Below, in pieces: positions 1-11,674 of a stretch of DNA of 64,000 bases. The position numbers were made by a program, and so were the translations under genes. This DNA comes from the human T2T-CHM13v2.0 reference genome, Homo sapiens. The stretch is from assembly GCF_009914755.1 (NCBI RefSeq), contig NC_060948.1; one strand, written 5' to 3'. The first letter of the stretch is position 1; the number at the start of each line of letters is the position of its first letter. Below the pieces are notes generated by a model. That model saw nothing but the letters and a program-made list of their open reading frames with translations, had not been told where the DNA came from and ran no database searches.

Positions 1-2761
1 TCTCGAAAAAAATGGAATCGAATGGAATGGAATTGAATGGAACGGAATAGAGTCGAATGGAATTGAATGGAATGGAATGGACTAGAGTGAAATGGAATCG
101 AACCACAAGGAATGGACAGGAATAGAATGGTCTCGAATTGAATGGAATCGTATGGAATGGCATCAAACGGAATGGAATGGACAGCCACGGAATGGAATGC
201 ACTCGAATGCAATGGAGTCGAAACTAATGGACTGGAATAGAATGGACTCGACTGGTACGGACTCCAATGGAATGGAATCGAATGGAAGGGAATCGAACGG
301 AATGGACTCGAAGGGAAAAGACTGCAATGGAAAGGTCTCGAATGGAATGGAAATTAATGGAATGGAATGGAATCGAATGAAATGGAGTCAAAAGGAATGG
401 AATCGAATGGCAAGAAATCGAATGTAATGGAATCGCAAGGAATTGATGTGAACGGAACGGAATGGAATGGAATCCAAAGGAATGGAATAGAATGGAATGG
501 AATCGAATGGAAAGGACTCGAATGGAAATCACTCGAATAGAATGCAATTTAATAAAATAGGATCAAATGTAATGGAATGGAATGGAAAGGAATCGAAACG
601 AAAGGAATGGAGACAGATGGAATGGAATAGAACAGAGAGCAATGGTATAGAATGGAATGGAATCATCTGGAATGGAATTGAATGGAATGGAATAATATGA
701 AATGGAATGGAATGGAATGGAATGGAATGCCCTTGAATTAAATGGACTGGAATGGAATGGACTCGAACAGAGTGGAATGGAAAGTGTTGAGATAGAATGG
801 AATGGACTCCTTTGGAATGGTGTAGAATGCAATGCAATCGACTGGCAGGGAATCAAAAGGAATGTAATGGAATGGACTGGACTGGAATGCAATGGACTCG
901 AATAGATTGGAAACGGAATGCAAAGGAATGGAATGGAATAGTATGGAATGGAATGGAAAGGAATGGAGTGGAATAGACTAGAGTGGAATGGAATGGACTG
1001 GAAAGCAATGGACTGGAATGGATCTTTCTTGAATGGACTGGAATCAATCGGAATGGAATGCAATGCAATCAAATGGCATGGAATAAAATAGAATGAAAGA
1101 GAATCAAATGGAATTGAATCGAATGGAATCGAATGGATTGGAAAGGAATAGAATGGAATGGAATGGAATTGACTCAAATGGAATGGACTAGAATGGAATG
1201 GATTCGAATGGAAGGCAAAGGAATGGAATCTATTGGAATGGACTGTAATGGAATGGAATGGAAGGGATTGGAATGGACTCGAATGGAATGGACTGCAATA
1301 GAAAGGATTCGAATGGAATGAAAAAGAATTGAATGGAATAGAACAGAATGGAATCAAATCGAATGAAATGGAATGGAATAGAAAGGAATGGAATGAAATG
1401 GAATGGAAAGGATTCGAATGGAATGCAATCGAATGGAATGGAATCGAACGGAATGGAATAAAATGGAAGAAAACTGGCAAGAAATGGAATCGAAATGAAT
1501 GGAGTGTTATGGAACGGACTCAAAAGGAATTGAATGTAATAGAATGGAGTGGAGTGGACTCGAATATAATGGACTGGAATGGAATGAAATCACATGGAAT
1601 GGGAACGAATGGAATGGAATGGAAAGGAATGGAATCGAATGGAAAGGAATCGAATGGAAGGGAATGAAATTGAATCAACAGGAATGGAAGGGAATAGAAT
1701 AGACGGTAATGGAATGGACTCGAATAGAATGGACACGAATGCTCAAATTGAATGGACTCGAATGGAATGGAAACGAAAGGAATGTCATCGAATGGAATTG
1801 AATCGATTGGAATGAAATCGCATAGAATGGAGTGGAATCAAATGGAATTGAATCGAAAGGAAAGGAAGCGAATGGACTGAAATGAAATGGAATGGAATTG
1901 AATGGAAAGTAATGCAATGGAATAGAATGGAACGAAATTTCACGGAATGGAATCAAACTGAATGGAATCAAATCAATGGAATCAAATCAAATGGAATGGA
2001 AAGGAATTGAATGGAGTAGATGGGATTGGATGGGATTGGAATGAAATGTACTGGAAAGGACTCGAATTTCATGAAACGGAATGGAATGAATTGGAACGGA
2101 ATGGACTCGAATGGAATGGAATGTCATGGAATGGCATCGAATGGAATGGCATCAAATGGAATGGAATCGACTGCAATGGAATGTTATGGAATGGAATGGA
2201 ATGCATTGGAATGGAATGTCCTCTAATGGAATGGATTCGAGTGGAATGGAATCGAATATAATGGAGTCGAATGAAATGGAATTGAAAGGAATGGGATCGA
2301 ATAGAATGGAATATACTGGAATGTAATGTAATGAACACGAATGTAATTGACTGGAATGGAATGTACATGAATGGAAGGTAATCGAATGGAAAGTAATCCA
2401 ATGGAATAGAATCTAATGCAATAAAACCGACTCAGATAGAGTAGAATGTAATGGAATGGAGTGCAGTGCAATGGAATGGAATGGAATTGAATGCAATGGA
2501 ATGGAATGGAATGGAATGGAATGGGATGGAATGGGATGGAATGGTATGGAATGGATAGAAATGGACTGGAGTGAAATGGACTGGAAAGGAATGCACTCAA
2601 ATTGAAAGGGCTCGAAAGGAATGGAGTCAAATGGAATGGTCTGGAATGGAATGAACACGAATGTAATGCAATCCAATAGAATGGAATCGAATGGCATGGA
2701 ATATAAAGAAATGGATTCGAAGAGAATGGAAACAAATGGAATGGAATTGAATGGAATGGAA

Positions 2762-2915
2762 TTGAATGGAATGGGAACGAATGGAGTGAAATTGTATGCA
2801 GTAGAAGGGAATAGAATGGAATGCAAGCGAAAGGAAAGGAATGGATTGGAATGGAATGGAATTCATTGGAATGGAAGGGAATGTAGTGTAATGGACAGGC
2901 CTGGAATAAAGTGGA
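2762..2915 (+). other. 154-bp DYZ1 segment bounded by the sites of the classical Y-repeat sexing PCR primers
   Basis: Seen: TTGAATGGAATGGGAACGAATGG at 2762-2784 and GGACAGGCCTGGAATAAAGTGGA at 2893-2915 (reverse complement TCCACTTTATTCCAGGCCTGTCC). From memory these are the Y1.2/Y1.1 DYZ1 primers; check against the literature. Supports the Y-chromosome assignment. Confidence 0.8.
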
Positions 2916-3272
2916 ATGCTACGGTCTCGAATGGAATAAAAATGTATGGAATGGAATGCAATGAAACGGAATCGAATGTCATAGAATGTAATGGAATGCA
3001 AAAAAATGGAATCCAAAATCATTGACTGGAAAGGATGGGTGTCGAAAGGAATTGACTCCAATGGAATGGAATCGAATGGAATGGAAGTGAATAGAATCGA
3101 ACTAAATCGAATGGAATGGAATTGATAGGAACGGAATGGAAAGGAATGCAATGATTTGGCATGGAATGGAATCGAATGGCATCGAATGGAATGGAATGGA
3201 ATGCAATGGAATGGAATGTATTAGAATGTAATGAACTTTAATGGAATGTACTCGAATGGATTCGACTGGAAT

Positions 3273-3287
3273 GGAATGTTCTGGAAG
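3273..3287. promoter_or_regulatory. Perfect three-unit heat shock element (gGAAtgTTCtgGAAg), repeated in most monomers
   Basis: Exact match to the HSF1 consensus nGAAnnTTCnnGAAn. Occupancy is inferred, not shown. Confidence 0.55.
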
Positions 3288-3552
3288 TGAATGGACTCCA
3301 ATGGAATGGATTCAAAAGGAATGGAATCGTACGGAATGGAATCTAATGGAATGGAATTAAATGGAAATGAATCAAATTGAATAGCACGGAATTGAATTGA
3401 ATGGAATGGAATGCAATGGAATCTAATGAAACGGAAAGGAAAGGAATGGAATGGAATGGAATGGGCTGGAATGGAAAGGAATCGAAACGAATGGAATGGA
3501 ATCGAACTGAAGAGACTGGAATGGAATGCACTGGAATGGAAGGGAGTGTAAT

Positions 3553-3567
3553 GGAAGGTTCTCGAAA
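3553..3567. promoter_or_regulatory. Perfect three-unit heat shock element (gGAAggTTCtcGAAa), repeated in most monomers
   Basis: Exact match to nGAAnnTTCnnGAAn, 280 bp after the previous one. Occupancy is inferred. Confidence 0.55.
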
Positions 3568-6500
3568 AAAATGGAATCGAATGGAATGGAATTGAATGGA
3601 ACGGAATAGAGTCGAATGGAATTGAATGGAATGGAATGGACTAGAGTGAAATGGAATCGAACCACAAGGAATGGACAGGAATAGAATGGTCTCGAATTGA
3701 ATGGAATCGTATGGAATGGCATCAAACGGAATGGAATGGACAGCCACGGAATGGAATGCACTCGAATGCAATGGAGTCGAAACTAATGGACTGGAATAGA
3801 ATGGACTCGACTGGTACGGACTCCAATGGAATGGAATCGAATGGAAGGGAATCGAACGGAATGGACTCGAAGGGAAAAGACTGCAATGGAAAGGTCTCGA
3901 ATGGAATGGAAATTAATGGAATGGAATGGAATCGAATGAAATGGAGTCAAAAGGAATGGAATCGAATGGCAAGAAATCGAATGTAATGGAATCGCAAGGA
4001 ATTGATGTGAACGGAACGGAATGGAATGGAATCCAAAGGAATGGAATAGAATGGAATGGAATCGAATGGAAAGGACTCGAATGGAAATCACTCGAATAGA
4101 ATGCAATTTAATAAAATAGGATCAAATGTAATGGAATGGAATGGAAAGGAATCGAAACGAAAGGAATGGAGACAGATGGAATGGAATAGAACAGAGAGCA
4201 ATGGTATAGAATGGAATGGAATCATCTGGAATGGAATTGAATGGAATGGAATAATATGAAATGGAATGGAATGGAATGGAATGGAATGCCCTTGAATTAA
4301 ATGGACTGGAATGGAATGGACTCGAACAGAGTGGAATGGAAAGTGTTGAGATAGAATGGAATGGACTCCTTTGGAATGGTGTAGAATGCAATGCAATCGA
4401 CTGGCAGGGAATCAAAAGGAATGTAATGGAATGGACTGGACTGGAATGCAATGGACTCGAATAGATTGGAAACGGAATGCAAAGGAATGGAATGGAATAG
4501 TATGGAATGGAATGGAAAGGAATGGAGTGGAATAGACTAGAGTGGAATGGAATGGACTGGAAAGCAATGGACTGGAATGGATCTTTCTTGAATGGACTGG
4601 AATCAATCGGAATGGAATGCAATGCAATCAAATGGCATGGAATAAAATAGAATGAAAGAGAATCAAATGGAATTGAATCGAATGGAATCGAATGGATTGG
4701 AAAGGAATAGAATGGAATGGAATGGAATTGACTCAAATGGAATGGACTAGAATGGAATGGATTCGAATGGAAGGCAAAGGAATGGAATCTATTGGAATGG
4801 ACTGTAATGGAATGGAATGGAAGGGATTGGAATGGACTCGAATGGAATGGACTGCAATAGAAAGGATTCGAATGGAATGAAAAAGAATTGAATGGAATAG
4901 AACAGAATGGAATCAAATCGAATGAAATGGAATGGAATAGAAAGGAATGGAATGAAATGGAATGGAAAGGATTCGAATGGAATGCAATCGAATGGAATGG
5001 AATCGAACGGAATGGAATAAAATGGAAGAAAACTGGCAAGAAATGGAATCGAAATGAATGGAGTGTTATGGAACGGACTCAAAAGGAATTGAATGTAATA
5101 GAATGGAGTGGAGTGGACTCGAATATAATGGACTGGAATGGAATGAAATCACATGGAATGGGAACGAATGGAATGGAATGGAAAGGAATGGAATCGAATG
5201 GAAAGGAATCGAATGGAAGGGAATGAAATTGAATCAACAGGAATGGAAGGGAATAGAATAGACGGTAATGGAATGGACTCGAATAGAATGGACACGAATG
5301 CTCAAATTGAATGGACTCGAATGGAATGGAAACGAAAGGAATGTCATCGAATGGAATTGAATCGATTGGAATGAAATCGCATAGAATGGAGTGGAATCAA
5401 ATGGAATTGAATCGAAAGGAAAGGAAGCGAATGGACTGAAATGAAATGGAATGGAATTGAATGGAAAGTAATGCAATGGAATAGAATGGAACGAAATTTC
5501 ACGGAATGGAATCAAACTGAATGGAATCAAATCAATGGAATCCAATCAAATGGAATGGAGTAGATTGGATTGGATGGGATTGGAATGAAATGTACTGGAA
5601 AGGACTCGAATTTCATGAAACGGAATGGAATGAATTGGAACGGAATGGACTCGAATGGAATGGAATGTCATAGAATGGCATCAAATGGATTGGCATCAAA
5701 TGGAATGGAATAGAATGCAATGGAATGCTATGGAATGGAATGGAATGCATTGGAATGGAATGTCCTCTAATGGAATGGATTCGAGTGGAATGGAATCGAA
5801 TATAATGGAGTCGAATGAAATGGAATTGAAAGGAATGGGATCGAATACAATGGAATATACTGGAATGTAATGTAATGAACTCGAATGTAATTGACTGGAA
5901 TGGAATGTACATGAATGGAATGTAATCGAATGGAAAGTAATCCAATGGAATAGAATCTAATACAATAAAATCGACTCAGATAGAGTAGAATGTAATGGAA
6001 TGGAGTGCAGTGCAATGGAATGGAATGGAATGGAATGCAATGGAATGGAATGGAATGGAATGGAATGGAATGGAATGGAATGGAATGGGATGGGATGGAA
6101 TGGTATGGAATGGATAGTAATGGACTGGAGTGAAATGGACTGGAAAGGAATGGACTCAAATTGAAAGGGCTCGAAAGGAATGGAGTCAAATGGAATGGTC
6201 TGGAATGGAATGAACACGAAAGTAATGCAATCCAATAGAATGGAATCGAATGGCATGGAATATAAAGAAATGGAATCGAAGAGAATGGAAACAAATGGAA
6301 TGGAATTGAATGGAATGGAATTGAATGGAATGGGAACGAATGGAGTGAAATTGTATGCAGTAGAAGGGAATAGAATGGAATGCAAGCGAAAGGAAAGGAA
6401 TGGATTGGAATGGAATGGAATTCATTGGAATGGAAGAGAATGTAGTGTAATGGACAGGCCTGGAATAAAGTGGAATGCTACGGTCTCGAATGGAATAAAA

Positions 6501-9500
6501 ATGTATGGAATGGAATGCAATGAAACGGAATCGAATGTCATAGAATGTAATGGAATGCAAAAAAATGGAATCCAAAATCATTTACTGGAAAGGCTGGGTG
6601 TCGAAAGGAATTGACTGCAATGAAATGGAATCGAATGGAATGGAAGTGAATAGAATCGAACTAAATCGAATGGAATGGAATTGATAGGAACGGAATGGAA
6701 AGGAATGCAATGATTTGGCATGGAATGGAATCGAATGGCATCGAATGGAATGGAATGGAATGCAATGGAATGGAATGTATTACAATGTAATGAACATTAA
6801 TGGAATGTACTCGAATGGATTCGACTGGAATGGAATGTTCTGGAAGTGAATGCACTCCAATGGAATGGATTCGAAAGGAATGGAATCGAACGGAATGGAT
6901 TCTAATGGAATGGAATTAAATGGAAATGAATCAAATTGAATAGCACGGAATTGAATTGAATGGAATCGAATGCAATGGAATCTAATGAAACGGAAAGGAA
7001 AGAATGGAATGGAATAGAATGGGCTGGAATGGAAAGGAATCGAAACGAATGGAATGGAATCGAACTGAAGAGACTGGAATGGAATGCACTGGAATGGAAG
7101 GGAGTGTAATGGAAGGTTCTCGAAAAAAATGGAATCGAATGGAATGGAATTGAATGGAACGGAATAGAGTCGAATGGAATTGAATGGAATGGAATGGACT
7201 AGAGTGAAATGGAATCGAACCACAAGGAATGGACAGGAATAGAATGGTCTCGAATTGAATGGAATCGTATGGAATGGCATCAAACGGAATGGAATGGACA
7301 GCCACGGAATGGAATGCACTCGAATGCAATGGAGTCGAAACTAATGGACTGGAATAGAATGGACTCGACTGGTACGGACTCCAATGGAATGGAATCGAAT
7401 GGAAGGGAATCGAACGGAATGGACTCGAAGGGAAAAGACTGCAATGGAAAGGTCTCGAATGGAATGGAAATTAATGGGATGGAATGGAATCGAATGAAAT
7501 GGAGTCAAAAGGAATGGAATCGAATGGTAAGAAATTGAATGTAATGGAATCGCAAGGAATTGATGTGAACGGAACGGAATGGAATGGAATCCAAAGGAAT
7601 GGAATAGAATGGAATGGAATCGAATGGAAAGGACTCGAATGGAAATCACTCGAATAGAATGCAATTTAATAAAATAGGATCAAATGTAATAGAATGGAAT
7701 GGAAAGGAATCGAAACGGAAGGAATGGAGACAGATGGAATGGAATGGAACAGAGAGCAATGGTATAGAATGGAATGGAATCATCTGGAATGGAATTGAAT
7801 GGAATGGAATAATATGAAATGGAATGGAATGGAATGGAATGGAATGCCCTTGAATTAAATGGACTGGACTCGAACAGAGTGGAATGGAAAGTGTTGAGAT
7901 AGAATGGAATGGACTCCTTTGGAATGGTGTAGTATGCAATGCAATCGACTGGCAGGGAATCAAAAGGAATGTAATGGAATGGATTGGACTGGAATGCAAA
8001 GGACTCGAATAGATTGGAAACGGAATGCAAAGGAATGGAATGGAATTGTATGGAATTCAATGGAAGGGAATGGAGTGGAATAGACTAGAGTGGAATGGAA
8101 TGGACTGGAAAGCAATGGACTGGAATGGAACTTTCTTGGATGGATTGGAATCAAACGGAATGGAATGCAATGCAATCAAATGGCATGGAATAAAATAGAA
8201 TGAAAGAGAATCAAATGGAATTGAATCGAATGGAATCGAATGGATTGGAAAGGAATAGAATGTAATGGAATGGAATTGACTCAAATGGAATGGACTAGAA
8301 TGGAATGGATTCGAATGGAAGGCAAAGGAATGGAATCTATTGGAATGGACTGTAATGGAATGGAATGGAAGGGATTGGAATGGACTCGAATGGAATGGAC
8401 TGCAATAGAAAGGATTCGAATGGAATGAAAAAGAATTGAATGGAATAGAACAGAATGGAATCAAATCGAATGAAATGGAATGGAATAGAAAGGAATGGAA
8501 TGAAATGGAATGGAAAGGATTCGAATGGAATGCAATCGAATGGAATGGAATCGAACGGAATGGAATAAAATGGAAGAAAACTGGCAAGAAATGGAATCGA
8601 AATGAATGGAGTGTTATGGAACGGAGTCAAAAGGAATTGAATGTAATAGAATGGAGTGGAGTGGACTCGAATATAATGGACTGGAATGGAATGAAATCAC
8701 ATGGAATGGGAACGAATGGAATGGAATGGAAAGGAATGGAATCGAATGGAAAGGAATCGAATGGAAGGGAATGAAATTGAATCAACACGAATGGAAGGGA
8801 ATAGAATAGACTGTAATGGAATGGACTCGAATAGAATGGACACGAATGTTCAAATTAAATGGACTCGAATGGAATGGAAACGAAAGGAATGTCATCGAAT
8901 GGAATTGAATCGATTGGAATGAAATCGCATAGAATGGAGTGGAATCAAATGGAATTGAATCGAAAGGAAAGGAAGCGAATGGACTGAAATGAAATGGAAT
9001 GGAATTGAATGGAAAGTAATGCAATGGAATAGAATGGAACGAAATTTCACGGAATGGAATCAAACTGAATGGAATCAAATCAATGGAATCAAATCAAATG
9101 GAATGGAAAGGAATTGAATGGAGTAGATGGGATTGGATGGGATTGGAATGAAATGTACTGGAAAGGACTCGAATTTCATGAAACGGAATGGAATGAATTG
9201 GAACGCAATGGACTCGAATGGAATGGAATGTCATGGGATGGCATCAAATGGAATGGAATCGAATGCAATGGAATGCTATGGAATGGAATGGAATGCATTG
9301 GAATGGAATGTCCTCTAATGGAATGGATTCGAGTGGAATGGAATTGAATATAATGGAGTCGAATGAAATGGAATTGAAAGGAATGGGATCGAATACAATG
9401 GAATATACTGGAATGTAACGTAATGAACTCGAATGTAATTGACTGGAATGGAATGTACATGAATGGAATGTAATCGAATGGAAAGTAATCCAATGGAATA

Positions 9501-11659
9501 GAATCTAATGCAATAAAATCGACCCAGATAGAGTAGAATGTAATGGAATGGAGTGCAGTGCAATGGAATGGAATGGAATGGAATGCAATTGAATGGAATG
9601 GAATGGAATGGAATGGGATGGAATGGTATGGAATGGATAGTAATGGACTGGAGTGAAATGGACTGGAAAGGAATGGACTCAAATTGAAAGGGCTCGAAAG
9701 GAATGGAGTCAAATGGAATGGTCTGGAATGGAATGAACACGAATGTAATGCAATCCAATAGAATGGAATCGAATGGCATGGAATATAAAGAAATGGAATC
9801 GAAGAGAATGGATACAAATGGAATGGAATTGAATGGAATGGAATTGAATGGAATGGGAACGAATGGAGTGAAATTGTATGCAGTAGAAGAGAATAGAATG
9901 GAATGCAAGCGAAAGGAAAGGAATGGATAGGAATGGAATGGAATTCATTGGAATGGAAGGGAATGTAGTGTAATGGACAGGCCTGGAATAAAGTGGAATG
10001 CTACGGTCTCGAATGGAATAAAAATGTATGGAATGGAATGCAATGAAACGGAATCGAATGTCATAGAATGTAATGGAATGCAACAAAATGGAATCCAAAA
10101 TCATTGACTGGAAAGGCTGGGTGTCGAAAGGAATTGACTCCAATGGAATGGAATCGAATGGAATGGAAGTGAATAGAATCGAACTAAATCGAATGGAATG
10201 GAATTGATAGGAACGGAATGGAAAGGAATGCAATGATTTGGCATGGAATGGAATCGAATGGCATCGAATGGAATGGAATGGAATGCAATGGAATGGAATG
10301 TATTAGAATGTAATGAACATTAATGGAATGTACTCGAATGGATTCGACTGGAATGGAATGTTCTGGAAGTGAATGGACTCCAATGGAATGGATTCGAAAG
10401 GAATGGAATCGAACGGAATGGAATCTAATGGAATGGAATTAAATGGAAATGAATCAAATTGAATAGCACGGAATTGAATTGAATGGAATCGAATGCAATG
10501 GAATCTATTGAAACGGAAAGGAAAGAATGGAATGGAATAGAATGGGCTGGAATGGAAAGGAATCGAAACGAATGGAATGGAATCGAACTGAAGAGACTGG
10601 AATGGAATGCACTGGAATGGAAGGGAGTGTAATGGAAGGTTCTCGAAAAAAATGGAATCGAATGGAATGGAATTGATTGGAACGGAATAGAGTCGAATGG
10701 AATTGAATGGAATGGAATGGACTAGAGTGAAATGGAATCGAACCACAAGGAATGGACAGGAATAGAATGGTCTCGAATTGAATGGAATCGTATGGAATGG
10801 CATCAAACGGAATGGAATGGACAGCCACGGAATGGAATGCACTCGAATGCAATGGAGTCGAAACTAATGGACTGGAATAGAATGGACTCGACTGGTACGG
10901 ACTCCAATGGAATGGAATCGAATGGAAGGGAATCGAACGGAATGGACTCGAAGGGAAAAGACTGCAATGGAAAGGTCTCGAATGGAATGGAAATTAATGG
11001 GATGGAATGGAATCGAATGAAATGGAGTCAAAAGGAATGGAATCGAATGGCAAGAAATCGAATGTAATGGAATCGCAAGGAATTGATGTGAACGTAACGG
11101 AATGGAATGGAATCCAAAGGAATGGAATAGAATGGAATGGAATCGAATGGAAAGGACTCGAATGGAAATCACTCGAATAGAATGCAATTTAATAAAATAG
11201 GATCAAATGTAATAGAATGGAATGGAAAGGAATCGAAACGGAAGGAATGGAGACAGATGGAATGGAATGGAACAGAGAGCAATGGTATAGAATGGAATGG
11301 AATCATCTGGAATGGAATTGAATGGAATGGAATAATATGAAATGGAATGGAATGGAATGGAATGGAATGCCCTTGAATTAAATGGACTGGAATGGAATGG
11401 ACTCGAACAGAGTGGAATGGAAAGTGTTGAGATAGAATGGAATGGACTCATTTGGAATGGTGTAGTATGCAATGCAATCGACTGGCAGGGAATCAAAAGG
11501 AATGTAATCGAATGGATTGGACTGGAATGCAATGGATTCGAATAGATTGCAAACGGAATGCAAAGGAATGGAATGGAATAGTATGGAATGGAATGGAAAG
11601 GAATGGAGTGGAATAGACTAGAGTGGAATGGAATGGACTGGAAAGCAATGGACTGGAAT

Positions 11660-11674
11660 GGAACTTTCTTGAAT
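11660..11674. promoter_or_regulatory. Perfect three-unit heat shock element (gGAActTTCttGAAt), third site of the consensus monomer
   Basis: Exact consensus match here and in most later monomers. It is degenerate in the first three monomers (GATctTTC at ~1021 and ~4580; TTCttGGA at ~8128). Confidence 0.5.

Larger units (their letters stand above)
1..3559 (+). repeat. DYZ1: Full-length DYZ1 monomer (3559 bp), used as the reference unit; start phase is arbitrary
   Basis: Sequence at 1 recurs at 3560 and the ORF track repeats at the same offset (92 to 3651). EcoRI site at 2859, HaeIII site at 2898. Confidence 0.95.

Noticed and set aside
2020-2040. GGG-containing patches (GGGATTGGATGGGATTGG) as G-quadruplex or telomere-like sequence
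   Set aside because: There are fewer than four G3 runs and no TTAGGG; these are ordinary pentamer variants.
549-2945. Several AATAAA hexamers per monomer (e.g. ~551, ~1082, ~1456, ~2420, ~2905, ~2935) as polyadenylation signals
   Set aside because: AATAAA is two substitutions from AATGGA in an A-rich strand. I see no clear downstream GU-rich element and have no transcript evidence; 3'-end sequencing would be needed.
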